This document shows positions 28,447 through 38,379 of a stretch of 64,000 bases of DNA, piece after piece. The stretch lies in NCBI GenBank assembly GCA_963695335.1, contig OY968764.1, positions 736,001-800,000 of the forward strand, written 5' to 3'. The notes under the pieces were generated by a model. The model worked only from the letters and a program-made list of their open reading frames with translations. It had not been told where the DNA came from and did not search any database. Position 1 is the stretch's first letter. Each line of letters starts with the position of its first letter. The translations under genes and the position numbers were made by a program. Source of the stretch: an uncultured bacterium. GTDB lineage: Bacteria > Babelota > Babeliae > Babelales > Vermiphilaceae.

Positions 28447-29262
28447 ATGAGAGATTTTAAAGAATTGTTCGGAGAATTGGTAAAAGCAGGCGTTCATTTT
28501 GGTCATCAAAAATCACGTTGGTGTCCTAAAATGGAGCAATATATTTGGGGCTATAAAAATAAGGTACATTTGATTGATGTTTCCAAAACTGCTTTCCAGT
28601 TGGACAAATCAGAGAAATTCTTAGAATCAGTAGCTGCTGAAGGCGGAACTGTGTTATGGGTTGGTACAAAAAAAGCTGCGGCAGACAGTATTGAAAAAGT
28701 TGGCCGTAAATTAACTCAACCGTATGTGAATCACAGATGGTTGGGTGGAACATTGCTTAACTTTAGCCAAGTTAAAAAATCTTTAACAAGATTGCTTCAT
28801 TATGAAGATATTTTGGCAAAATCTGAAAGCAATCCTTTCTACACTAAAAAAGAACTTAACTTATACAGAAAAACAGCTGATAAGCTTGAAAAAACAGTTG
28901 GTGGTATTAGAAAGTTAGCATTGCCAATTAGTGCGATTGTTATTGTTGACGTAACTAAAGAGCAATCAGCAGTTAAAGAAGCTGTTTTGATGGGTGTTCC
29001 TGTAGTTGGTATTGTTGATACAAACTCAGATCCTTCATTAGTCGATTATGTAATTCCTGCTAACGATGATTCTCCGCAATCAATTAATTTAATTTTAGGT
29101 TACCTTGCTGATGCCGTTGCTCGTGGTAAAGAAAAAGCAGCACAAAATGCAAAAAATGCGAGTGAAGCTCAAGTTACTAAAAAAGGCACTAAAGAGCAGG
29201 CTACTCAAGAAGCTCCAAGTGATGTTGAAATAGCATTGCAACAATTGGATGCGCAAGAATAA
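28447..29262 (+). CDS. rpsB: 30S ribosomal protein S2
   Basis: AGVHFGH, RWLGGTL, IVDTNSDP and IPANDD motifs. Confidence 0.98.
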   Translation: MRDFKELFGELVKAGVHFGHQKSRWCPKMEQYIWGYKNKVHLIDVSKTAFQLDKSEKFLESVAAEGGTVLWVGTKKAAADSIEKVGRKLTQPYVNHRWLGGTLLNFSQVKKSLTRLLHYEDILAKSESNPFYTKKELNLYRKTADKLEKTVGGIRKLALPISAIVIVDVTKEQSAVKEAVLMGVPVVGIVDTNSDPSLVDYVIPANDDSPQSINLILGYLADAVARGKEKAAQNAKNASEAQVTKKGTKEQATQEAPSDVEIALQQLDAQE

Positions 29263-29270
29263 TTCCTCTT

Positions 29271-29362
29271 GGAGAGGTGTCTGAGTGGTTGAAGGAGCAT
29301 GATTGGAAATCATGTATGTTTCGAAAGGGGCATCGAGGGTTCGAATCCCTCTCTCTCCACCA
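29271..29362 (+). tRNA. tRNA-Ser(GGA)
   Basis: Cloverleaf with CATGA-TTGGAAA-TCATG anticodon arm, long variable arm, GGTTCGAATCC and encoded CCA. Confidence 0.95.
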
Positions 29363-29481
29363 GTCTTCGTTGCTGTGCAACTTCGTCTGGCTTCGCCAAT
29401 AAATGAAGATTGTGACAGAAATAAACATTGAAATTGTGTAAAGAAGACTGTCCGACGTAGTTCGGTAGAACGTAGACGGAC
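29363..29481. repeat. tRNA-adjacent inverted pair of family B palindromes
   Basis: The distal 37-mer is identical to 43790-43826 except for one base. Confidence 0.75.
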
Positions 29482-29543
29482 TGCGCCAAGTTTGAAATAA
29501 AGAAATAAATCAAAGTGGCTCACAAGTTGCTTTGGGTAAAAAT

Positions 29544-29638
29544 AATGGGAAAGTAAATAAAGAGATAGAATATATAATCTGTCAGGTCTGAAAGGAAGCA
29601 GCAGAATATATTCAGTTTTTTGTAGATACTTTCCCATT
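29544..29638 (+). ncRNA. ffs: Signal recognition particle RNA (4.5S)
   Basis: Domain IV GTCAGGTCTGAAAGGAAGCAGC inside a long hairpin closed by AATGGGAAAGTA/TACTTTCCCATT; lies upstream of dnaX. Confidence 0.9.
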
Positions 29639-29724
29639 TCACATTTCCGGCAAGGAAATGTGTCCGTCGTAGCCTTGGCGAAGTCGGACTTTTGATTTAA
29701 TTAAAAATTCTAGGTAAAGACTTA

Positions 29725-31485
29725 ATGAGCTCTGTTGTATTAAACTTAAGTAGAAAATGGCGATCTCAGGATTTTGATCATATTGTTGGTCAAGACCTTG
29801 CGGTGCGTATTCTTAAAAATAGTCTTTATCTTGGTCATTATTTTCCTGTCTATTTATGTGCCGGACAACGTGGTTGTGGAAAAACTTCAACAGCACGTGT
29901 TTTTGCGGCAGCGGTAAATTGTCATGCTTTGCCGTTATTCCAAAAAGATCCTAAAAAACATTCTATTCCTTGTTTGGTGTGTGAGTCATGCGTTGCAATG
30001 AAAGAAGGGAATCATCCTGATTTTGTTGAAATTGATGCGGCTTCTCATACTGGTGTTGATAATATTCGCGCAGTCATTGAATCATCTTCATTGCTTCCGG
30101 TAATGGGGCGTAAGCGTGTGTATCTGATTGATGAAGCGCACATGCTCAGTAAAGCGGCATTCAATGCTGCATTAAAAATTTTAGAAGAGCCCCCAGCAAC
30201 CGCGCTATTTATTTTAGCAACAACCAATCCTCATAAAATTATTGATACAGTGCGATCTCGTTGTTTCCAACTGTTTTTCACGCCAATTGCGCATGAAACG
30301 CTTAAAAATCATTTAGTTTTCATCTGCAAACAAGAAAAAATTGCACACACCGAGGATGCTCTTGACCTTATAGTTCGACATACTGAAGGGTCAGCTCGTG
30401 ATGCATTGAATTTGTTGGAGCAAATTAGATTTTCTAATTCTATAGTTAATAAAGAAGCGGTACTTGCATTGCTTGGTCACATTGATGATCAGCAAATTAT
30501 GAATCTTATTCAATTGACTATGCAAGGTGAAGCGAAAAGTTTGGTCCAATTATTGCATTCTTTGAATATTGATAAGCACAAAGCTGAATTTGTGTGGCAG
30601 CGCATGGTAATACTGTTGCGTGCATTATTGTGGATTAAGTATGATGTGCAACCTCATGAACTTATTGCATCCGTTGCGCTCCTTGAATCAAGCGCTCGCT
30701 GGTGCACATTACATGATCTTCATCGTATGATTGAAACATTATATACCCACGAAGAACTTTTTTTAAAAACAACAATGCAGCACATTTTCTTAGAAATGAT
30801 CTTGCTCAGTTTGTGCGCTAAAGATAGCAAAAAAGATGATAATGGTGATGGATCTGCTCCGTGTACTTTAGCGGTTGCATCTTCTGATGGGCAAGAGTCT
30901 GATGATGAATTTGAAGATGAAGAAGACGATGATGATGTTGAAGAAGATGATGAAGCACTAAGTTATGATCAAAAATGGTTAAAGTTTGTTACAAAAGTTG
31001 CATCTTTAAATGAACATTTGGTTCATTCAGTCTTTAAGCAAGCTCGTTTTATTGAATATGTACCAGAAACTCATCGTTTATCAGTGGAATTATCAAAAGA
31101 TTTTGTTCTTTTTAAAGAATGGTTGGATAGTACACAACCGTTATGGCAACCGTTATTAAAAGAGCTTTTTTCAGGTAATGTAGCGCTGGATGCGCAATTT
31201 ACTGGAACATCTTCTAAGCTTGAGCCTCAAGCTAAAAAAACATTTGTAAGTTCTGCGCAACTAACAGAAAAGAGTAATGTTATTAAACCCAAACCACAAT
31301 CGCAAGAAAAGCCAATCAAGCAATCCTTTAATGGTGGCATGCGTTACAACAATCAAAAAAGTACAGTTGTCTCAATACATAAAAATGAGCAACGTATTGA
31401 TGTCTCTGATGAAAATAGATGGAAAACTGCAGCAATGTTGATGCGTCACTTTCCTGGAACTGTTACCGAAATACGTGAAAATTAA
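29725..31485 (+). CDS. dnaX: DNA polymerase III subunit gamma/tau
   Basis: GQRGCGKT, EIDAAS, IDEAHML, LKILEEPP, SRC and GSARDA motifs. Confidence 0.96.
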   Translation: MSSVVLNLSRKWRSQDFDHIVGQDLAVRILKNSLYLGHYFPVYLCAGQRGCGKTSTARVFAAAVNCHALPLFQKDPKKHSIPCLVCESCVAMKEGNHPDFVEIDAASHTGVDNIRAVIESSSLLPVMGRKRVYLIDEAHMLSKAAFNAALKILEEPPATALFILATTNPHKIIDTVRSRCFQLFFTPIAHETLKNHLVFICKQEKIAHTEDALDLIVRHTEGSARDALNLLEQIRFSNSIVNKEAVLALLGHIDDQQIMNLIQLTMQGEAKSLVQLLHSLNIDKHKAEFVWQRMVILLRALLWIKYDVQPHELIASVALLESSARWCTLHDLHRMIETLYTHEELFLKTTMQHIFLEMILLSLCAKDSKKDDNGDGSAPCTLAVASSDGQESDDEFEDEEDDDDVEEDDEALSYDQKWLKFVTKVASLNEHLVHSVFKQARFIEYVPETHRLSVELSKDFVLFKEWLDSTQPLWQPLLKELFSGNVALDAQFTGTSSKLEPQAKKTFVSSAQLTEKSNVIKPKPQSQEKPIKQSFNGGMRYNNQKSTVVSIHKNEQRIDVSDENRWKTAAMLMRHFPGTVTEIREN

Positions 31486-32804
31486 TGAAAAAAATTAAAC
31501 TTCCTCAAGTTGTCATTGTTGGTCGTACCAACGTTGGCAAATCTACATTATTTAACCGCTTGTCTGAAAATGTAAAAGCTATTGCGTTGGACCTAGAAGG
31601 TGTAACGCGTGATTTTTTACGAGATACCATTGCATGGCAGGGCAGAAGTTTTGAGCTTGTTGATACTGGTGGTATCAGTTTGCGTAAAACACAAGATCCT
31701 ATTTTAAGCCAATCGCGAGCAATTGCTTTATCTATGATTGAATCAGCCGACATAATATTGTTTGTTGTTGATGGTAAAGCAGGACTCGTTAATGAAGATC
31801 GTGAGATTGCACAATTGCTTCACAAGCATGGTAAAACAGTTTTCTTGGTTGTGAATAAAGTTGATGTTAAAGATGCAGCTGAAAATATGTATGAATTTGA
31901 AGGTCTTGGTTTTCCAAAAAGCTGCTTTATTTCTGCTTCTCATGGCAAAAATATAGTTGATTTATTAGAGTTGATCGTTGCGCATTTGCCGGCGCCTTTG
32001 ATGGTTGAAGTAGAAGAGCCTGCGTACAAAGTTATGTTGCTGGGTAAACCAAATGTGGGTAAATCATCATTGATGAATTTATTGCTTGAAAAAGAGCGTG
32101 CAATTGTGTCTCCTGAAGCCGGAACAACACGCGAAGCACTTGCTGAACGTGTTACGTTTTATCAAGAAGATATTCAACTTTCTGATACCCCTGGTGTACG
32201 TAGAATGCGTTCTGTCACCGAACCGCTTGAAGGTATGATGGTACAGAGCACTATGCAAGCTCTCAAAGGTTCTGATATTGTGTTGTTACTTATTGATGCA
32301 AGCGCAGAATCAGTTGTGGATCAAGAATTAAAGCTTGCGTTTTATGCATTTGATAGCCAATATAAGGCTCTGATTATTTTATTCAATAAATATGACTTGG
32401 TTGATGAAGGAACCAAAGTGCGCTTTGATCATGCTCTTTCAGAGTATGATTTCTTTTTAAAGAAAGTAGTAACGCTTAATATTTCTTGTAAAACAGGAAA
32501 AAATGTTGGCAGAATCTTGCCTACGGTAAAAGAAGTGTGGGAGCGCTATTCACGTAAATTTAATCAAAATGAGTTAACGCAACTGTTTAAAGATGCATCG
32601 GTAAAACGCCCATTGTACCATAATAAAAATTTGTTAATGTTCTTTTCTGCTCATCAGATCAACACTGCTCCAATTACTATTGTGATGCACGTGAACCAAC
32701 CAACATGGTTTGGTGATTCGCAACTTGCGTATTTTGAAAAAGTTTTGCGTCAAGAATATGATTTGCGTGGTGTACCTGTTAAATTTATTGTGCGATCACG
32801 GTAA
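31485..32804 (+). CDS. der: Ribosome biogenesis GTPase Der
   Basis: Two G domains (GRTNVGKS, GKPNVGKS) plus KH-like tail. Confidence 0.96.
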   Translation: MKKIKLPQVVIVGRTNVGKSTLFNRLSENVKAIALDLEGVTRDFLRDTIAWQGRSFELVDTGGISLRKTQDPILSQSRAIALSMIESADIILFVVDGKAGLVNEDREIAQLLHKHGKTVFLVVNKVDVKDAAENMYEFEGLGFPKSCFISASHGKNIVDLLELIVAHLPAPLMVEVEEPAYKVMLLGKPNVGKSSLMNLLLEKERAIVSPEAGTTREALAERVTFYQEDIQLSDTPGVRRMRSVTEPLEGMMVQSTMQALKGSDIVLLLIDASAESVVDQELKLAFYAFDSQYKALIILFNKYDLVDEGTKVRFDHALSEYDFFLKKVVTLNISCKTGKNVGRILPTVKEVWERYSRKFNQNELTQLFKDASVKRPLYHNKNLLMFFSAHQINTAPITIVMHVNQPTWFGDSQLAYFEKVLRQEYDLRGVPVKFIVRSR

Positions 32805-32837
32805 TATAGTTTATTGTAAGTAAAAAAAGGAGTACTT

Positions 32838-33188
32838 ATGAATAAACGTATTGTTTTTCGTAATATGGATCATTCTGATGTTATGCAAGAGTATGCAAAT
32901 GGTCAGCTGGAACGTGTAGTTGAGTTTTTACACGATGATCGTGGGCCAGTATTTATTGATCTTTATCTTGAACCAAGTCGTGTTCATAAGCATCATCGTG
33001 TTGAACTGCATGTTAAAAGTGCTGATTATAGTTTGAATTCATCGTATGAGCATGAAGGTATGGATTTTTATGCTACGCTTGATCGTGTGATTGATAATAT
33101 GTATTTGCAGTTACGTGAAGCAAAGCAGCGACATCATGATGAGAAGAAAAGTTGTGGACGACATGATGAGTTTAAAAAACAGCGTTAA
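32838..33188 (+). CDS. hpf: Ribosome hibernation factor HPF/RaiA family
   Basis: IVFRNMDHS...DFYATLD..IDNM..QLR pattern. Confidence 0.8.
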   Translation: MNKRIVFRNMDHSDVMQEYANGQLERVVEFLHDDRGPVFIDLYLEPSRVHKHHRVELHVKSADYSLNSSYEHEGMDFYATLDRVIDNMYLQLREAKQRHHDEKKSCGRHDEFKKQR

Positions 33189-34274
33189 TTAGAGTAAATT
33201 AAATTGTTGATCTGCATATTGCAGCGCTTTAAAAGATAAAAGTAGTGTGCTGCAGATACACAACATTCCTAGAAAAGTACATAAAGTGCGAAGGTTTTTT
33301 GATTGAACCTGCGTACTTTTTTTTGTATAAAACAGTCCAAAAAATAATGCACATATGCTGGCCATGATCATAGTAAGTAATGGTGTGCTGATGATGTATG
33401 TGTATGCCAATAGATACGCCGTAATGATCATCATAAAAAGAGAGATAATGATTTCCAGCAATTCTTTTATTCTGATCTGTTTTTTCAGTTCTTCTCTAAA
33501 GAAATAATAAAAAGTGATAAGTACGCTTAAAAGAAAGAGTAAAATCGCAAAGTATTTTTTATGGTCAACGTGCAGTGATGCAGTAATAATGTACATTGTA
33601 GTGAGTATCATTAAGCTATAACGTTCAATAATTGTTGGTCTATGGCGTTTTTTTATTGGCTCGTAATCATCTATTACTGTAAATGTTGAATCAATTGTTT
33701 CATCGTTTTGTGGAGCTGTAGCGGAAAAAACCAAAGGAAACTGTAGGTGATTAATTTTTTTGTCTGCATGGCGATAATAGCTGCAATAAAGGTAAGCTGA
33801 ATGAGTATTTTTGTCATTTGTTGTCGCTCGTAGAGTGACGATAAAATCCTCATTAAAAATCTGTTTTGCTTCTTTAAATGATGAATCATAATGAGCAACA
33901 GTGGGTTTATTTGCTTTCCATGGCGATAGGGTAATGTGTGGATTATCAATTGAGCATGTAATAAAATCTTTGTAGATGAAATCTTTTTTGGGAATGGTGA
34001 AATTGATTGTTATTTCTTTGGTTTGAGTATCAATATCTGTTGCATTAAAGGATATAAGCCCTGGAGTTGATTTTCCAAGGCTTATGGTGAATAAAGGCAG
34101 TAGGATAATGTAGTTCCACGTTTGAAAAGTGTGTCCCGCGCTCGTCCTGAGCTTGTCGAAGGATTTCTTCGAGCGCTCAAGGATATTCTTCGACAGGCTC
34201 AGAACGAGCGCAATAAAATACAAAGATATAGAATATGCAATAATTACTACTCTATTTAACCGCATTAAATGCAT
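33189..34274 (-). CDS. Membrane protein with DsbD N-terminal-like domain; start uncertain
   Basis: ITINFTIP..FIYKD and YD..FKE..QIF motifs; several C-terminal TM helices. Confidence 0.55.
   Translation of the reverse strand: MHLMRLNRVVIIAYSISLYFIALVLSLSKNILERSKKSFDKLRTSAGHTFQTWNYIILLPLFTISLGKSTPGLISFNATDIDTQTKEITINFTIPKKDFIYKDFITCSIDNPHITLSPWKANKPTVAHYDSSFKEAKQIFNEDFIVTLRATTNDKNTHSAYLYCSYYRHADKKINHLQFPLVFSATAPQNDETIDSTFTVIDDYEPIKKRHRPTIIERYSLMILTTMYIITASLHVDHKKYFAILLFLLSVLITFYYFFREELKKQIRIKELLEIIISLFMMIITAYLLAYTYIISTPLLTMIMASICALFFGLFYTKKSTQVQSKNLRTLCTFLGMLCICSTLLLSFKALQYADQQFNLL
34138..34211. repeat. Inverted dimer of family A palindromes
   Basis: GCGCTCGTCCTGAGCTTGTCGAAGGA...TTCTTCGACAGGCTCAGAACGAGCGC. 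Confidence 0.85.
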
Positions 34275-34773
34275 CTAATATCTGTTGTGCGTGATGTTTT
34301 GTGTCAACATCTTTAATAATTCCAACAATGAGGCCATATTCATTAACTAAAAAAGTCCAACGTTTTGGAAGGCCAAATATGTACCACCAAAATCCACGAT
34401 TAACGCCGTAATCTTTGAGTATTTGTTTTGTAGCAACAAGTAACGTGAATGGTAGACCTTTTTTTGCAATAAATTTCTGTTTACTTTTGACTGATCCTCT
34501 ACTCAAACCAAGAATAGTAATACCAGCTTCAGTTAATGCTGCATAATCATCGCGTAAACTGCATGCTTGTTCTGAGCATCCTGGGGTACTATCTTTTGGA
34601 TAAAAATAGAGTGCCACTTTTTGACCTTTAAAATCATCGAGTGTTACGGTTTCACCATTTTGATTTACTAAAGAAAAATTGGGAGCTCTATTGCCAATTT
34701 GCAGTTGTTTGGCTGAACAATGGAGCGCAGTAAAACAGATGAGGGCAGTGAGAAATAGTACGATCGCTTTCAT
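34252..34773 (-). CDS. bcp: BCP/PrxQ peroxiredoxin with signal peptide
   Basis: FYPKDSTPGCSEQAC motif. Confidence 0.9.
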   Translation of the reverse strand: MKAIVLFLTALICFTALHCSAKQLQIGNRAPNFSLVNQNGETVTLDDFKGQKVALYFYPKDSTPGCSEQACSLRDDYAALTEAGITILGLSRGSVKSKQKFIAKKGLPFTLLVATKQILKDYGVNRGFWWYIFGLPKRWTFLVNEYGLIVGIIKDVDTKHHAQQILDAFNAVK

Positions 34774-34816
34774 AGTGTTCCTTATATTATGGTTTTTTTA
34801 TTTAGTATACCATATT

Positions 34817-35746
34817 TTATGTTGTTTTGATTTCATTAATTTTCAAATTCCCCTTGATGCTATGAAGCGCAATAGTCGCTTCACCAGTCCCAATGGTTCC
34901 ATCCACCTCTTTTTTGAATTTATTCCATGCAGAGCTATTCAGTTGCGTTGCATAAGGTTTGAGGGTAATAACATGATCAGACAGAAGAGTGCCATGCGTT
35001 GTGTGTCCTTTAATTTCAGCATTGGTGTCTGTTGGTAAAGCAAGGGTGATGTGTCCTGATGTTGTATTCAGATCAATAGCGCTCGTAGATGGTAATTTTT
35101 TGTAAGCGACTGAAATTTTCCCTGATGTTGAATGTGCGTTAAAGCTATGAGCTATATTTTCCCCGTTGATGTTGCCGTAATGAGTATGTGCATCAACAGG
35201 TCCAAGAGCATGAGCAATGTTGATTGTTCCTTTTTTAAGTGTGCGGGCAGATACTGTTTTTTTGCTGTTGGAGATGGTAATATTATCATTGGTGACAACA
35301 TTAATGGATCCATGAACGTTTTTTATAGACGCATCCCCGTTTTCTGACACGTTAACTGTAATATCAAGAGATGCGGGAATAATAAGTTCATATTCAACTA
35401 ATCCGACGAGTTTTTGATTGATATGTTTGGTGGTGATTGCCAGATGGTCAGTTGTGTTTGCATCAACAACAATTTTAATATGATCTAAATCTTCTTCTTT
35501 TTTTGCACGTTTTGTGGTTTTGAGAAATATTGAGTTTTTTTTCCATGTTTTGATACTGATTGGACCATTAATATTATTAATTGATATGTTATGAATTGAT
35601 GTTGTCGGTAATTCGCGTTGATCAACTTTTTCAAGTTTATAACCAGTAAGAAGCGATGTGATTTTTTGCAAAGGGGATTGCTTGTTCGTTGCGCAGAAGG
35701 ATGAGATAGTTGTTGATAAGAGTATTATATATATTGTTTTATTCAT
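34817..35746 (-). CDS. Secreted DUF4097-like beta-strand repeat protein
   Basis: Signal peptide; repeated T.xG.I motifs (NINGPI, THYGNI, STSGKI, TTSGHI). Confidence 0.75.
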   Translation of the reverse strand: MNKTIYIILLSTTISSFCATNKQSPLQKITSLLTGYKLEKVDQRELPTTSIHNISINNINGPISIKTWKKNSIFLKTTKRAKKEEDLDHIKIVVDANTTDHLAITTKHINQKLVGLVEYELIIPASLDITVNVSENGDASIKNVHGSINVVTNDNITISNSKKTVSARTLKKGTINIAHALGPVDAHTHYGNINGENIAHSFNAHSTSGKISVAYKKLPSTSAIDLNTTSGHITLALPTDTNAEIKGHTTHGTLLSDHVITLKPYATQLNSSAWNKFKKEVDGTIGTGEATIALHSIKGNLKINEIKTT

Positions 35747-35838
35747 CGGGTATCCTTTTTATAAAAGTAATGTGTTTGTAATATACAAAAAATGTTGTGC
35801 TCATTCAAAGAATAGTCGTAGTGCAATCAGGAGATGAA

Positions 35839-37218
35839 ATGAAATTAGTAAGTCAGCAGTCTGAAAAGATATATGCAATTGCGCAGGCAATTGCTCAGCA
35901 CAAAGGACGTGCATTGCTTGTTGGTGGTGCGGTGCGTGATATGACAATGAATCGTCCTGTTAAAGATATAGACATAGAAGTTTATGGTCTCTCTGAACAA
36001 CAATTGGAACAATTGTTATCTCAATTTGGACCAGTGAGCTTGGTAGGTAAAGCGTTTGGAGTGCTACGTATTCATGGTCTTGATGTTGATTGGTCTTTGC
36101 CACGTGCAGATAGTCCAGGACGTAAGCCAACAGTGGTTATTGATCCGCATATGCCAATTGAGGTTGCTGCGCGTCGCAGAGATTTGACGATGAATGCAAT
36201 GGCTTTTGATCTCATGATCAATGAATTAATCGATCCGTGTGATGGAATAAGCGATATTAAACATAAGATATTGCGTACTCCTGATGCACGTTTTTTTATT
36301 CAAGATCCGTTACGTTTTTACCGTGTGATGCAATTTATTGGACGTTTTGAGATGTGCCCCGATGATGAGTTGAATACATTATGTGCGGAAATGGATATTG
36401 CACAGATTTCACGCGAGCGTATTGAAGAAGAATTTAGAAAACTGTTTTTATTTTCACGGCGCCCATCGCTTGGTATCCGTTGGTTGTATACAATTGGACG
36501 TTTACATGATGTACTGCCAGAACTTGCTGCAACTGTTGGCATTGAGCAAGAGCCAAAATGGCATCCAGAAGGCGATGTGTTTGAGCATACAATGCAGGCA
36601 ATTGATGCTGCTGTAGAATTAATAGGCAAGTATGATAATGAATTTGATAAGCTTGTTTTAGTGTACGCCGCATTGTGTCATGATTTGGGAAAAGTTACAA
36701 CAACTATTGAAGTTAATGGTGTTATTAAAAGTATTGGGCATGAAAAAGAGAGTAAAAAGTTTGCGCGTACAATGATGAAGCGTATTACGCATAATGTTGA
36801 TCTGATTAATGCGGTTTCATCGCTTGTGTTGCATCACATGACACCATTGCAGTTTATTACTAATAATGCAAAAATGCCTGCATATAAACGATTGGCAAAT
36901 AAGTTAGCTCATAATGTTAATGTACTCATGCTCATTGATCTGTGCATTGCTGATAAACGTGGCAGAAATGGAAACAGTCATGAACCTTTGACGTGTGATT
37001 TTCCTGATGTAGAACTGTTTAGAGAAAAAGTTTTGCAGGCAGGGGTTTCTACCAGTGCAGTTGAGCCATTATTAAAAGGTGTAGATCTTCTTGATGTTGT
37101 GCAGCCAGGACCAAAAATGGGGCAGTTGTTAAAATTAGCGTATGAAAAGCAGATTGATGATGGTGTTACTGATAAAGACATTTTGAAAGAGTTTGTTAGA
37201 AGAATGGTTAAAAAGTGA
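35839..37218 (+). CDS. cca: CCA-adding / tRNA nucleotidyltransferase with HD domain
   Basis: VGGAVRD, DIDIE, RRDLTMNAM, DPLR, HPEGDVFEHT and CHDLGK motifs. Confidence 0.92.
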   Translation: MKLVSQQSEKIYAIAQAIAQHKGRALLVGGAVRDMTMNRPVKDIDIEVYGLSEQQLEQLLSQFGPVSLVGKAFGVLRIHGLDVDWSLPRADSPGRKPTVVIDPHMPIEVAARRRDLTMNAMAFDLMINELIDPCDGISDIKHKILRTPDARFFIQDPLRFYRVMQFIGRFEMCPDDELNTLCAEMDIAQISRERIEEEFRKLFLFSRRPSLGIRWLYTIGRLHDVLPELAATVGIEQEPKWHPEGDVFEHTMQAIDAAVELIGKYDNEFDKLVLVYAALCHDLGKVTTTIEVNGVIKSIGHEKESKKFARTMMKRITHNVDLINAVSSLVLHHMTPLQFITNNAKMPAYKRLANKLAHNVNVLMLIDLCIADKRGRNGNSHEPLTCDFPDVELFREKVLQAGVSTSAVEPLLKGVDLLDVVQPGPKMGQLLKLAYEKQIDDGVTDKDILKEFVRRMVKK

Positions 37219-37229
37219 TATTTTTCTTA

Positions 37230-37302
37230 GTGCTCATTCTGAGCTTGTCGAAGGATATCTTTGAGCGCTCTAAGATATTCTTCGACAAGCTCAGAATGAG
37301 CA
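37230..37302. repeat. Inverted dimer of family A palindromes
   Basis: GTGCTCATTCTGAGCTTGTCGAAG...CTTCGACAAGCTCAGAATGAGCAC. Confidence 0.85.
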
Positions 37303-37372
37303 CGGCGATAAATTGTTATGCAAAATATGAAAAAAAAGCTATAATCATGCATAAAATTTACAATATATATTA

Positions 37373-38350
37373 ACGTGAGTTCGATCTAAGAAAATTTTAA
37401 AAAAAAATTCATTACGATATCCTTTTAAAAACAATCAAACTTAAAAAAGGGTATTGTAATGAATTTGACTACTATTTTCTACCATTGTGATGAATTTTGC
37501 AAATTTTTTGAAAAAGAGTTTCCAATCCGTGTTCTTTCTGATGGGAAAAATATTAGAAAAAGGAATGGATCTTTAAAGCTTAGTGAAACTATGACGATTG
37601 TCATTTATTATCAGCAATCTGGCTATAAAACATTCAAGGATTATTACACAAAAAGTGATGAATTAAAATCAGCGTTCCCTGGTCTTACAAGCTATAATCG
37701 TTTTGTAGAATTACAACAAAAAATTACAATGCCTTTAGCTATTTTTACAAAATTATATGCGCTTGGAAAATGTGATGGCAATTCATACATTGACAGTTTT
37801 TCACTGTCTGTAAGTCATCAAAAAAGAATATCTTCTCATAAAACCTTTAAAGGATTAGCCGCTCGAGGAAAAACAAGTGTGGGTTGGTTTTACGGATTCA
37901 AAGTTCATGTAATTATCAATGGTTGGGGAGAAATTATTGATTTTTGTATCACCTCAGGAAATGTTGTTGATAATAATACAAAAGTTATTGAAAAAATAAC
38001 TGAAAAAATTCATGGAAAAGTTTATGGAGATAAAGGCTATTTGCTTAATTCAGAACTGTTTCAAAAGCTTTACTCTAAAGGCATTCATATTGTTACAAAA
38101 ATTCGAAATAATATGAAAAATAAGCTTATGGATGTTAAAGATAAAATCATGTTAAAAAAACGTGGAATCATTGAGTCTGTTGGAGCAATTCTTAAGGAGG
38201 ATCTTAATATTGAACATTCACGATATCGTAGTCCAAGATCATTGATTATAAATGTATTTGCAGCTTTAGCTTCTTACGGATTTCGAAAAAAAAAGCCATC
38301 AATATACAAAAAAAGCTTTTTTCTATTGACGGCTTAGATCGAACTCACGT
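37373..38350 (+). mobile_element. IS982-family insertion sequence (978 bp)
   Basis: Perfect 18-bp IR ACGTGAGTTCGATCTAAG; 7-bp TSD TATATTA; single DDE ORF. Confidence 0.95.
37459..38337 (+). CDS. IS982-family DDE transposase
   Basis: SYNRF, YIDS, GWFYGFK.H, GDKGY and KR..IE motifs. Confidence 0.95.
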   Translation: MNLTTIFYHCDEFCKFFEKEFPIRVLSDGKNIRKRNGSLKLSETMTIVIYYQQSGYKTFKDYYTKSDELKSAFPGLTSYNRFVELQQKITMPLAIFTKLYALGKCDGNSYIDSFSLSVSHQKRISSHKTFKGLAARGKTSVGWFYGFKVHVIINGWGEIIDFCITSGNVVDNNTKVIEKITEKIHGKVYGDKGYLLNSELFQKLYSKGIHIVTKIRNNMKNKLMDVKDKIMLKKRGIIESVGAILKEDLNIEHSRYRSPRSLIINVFAALASYGFRKKKPSIYKKSFFLLTA

Positions 38351-38379
38351 TATATTATTAATCAAATGAAGGTTTTCTG

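Noticed and set aside
29095..29637. Minus-strand ORFs over tRNA-Ser and SRP RNA (likewise 43598-44004 over tRNA-Lys/Leu)
   Set aside because: Shadow ORFs of RNA genes and repeats.
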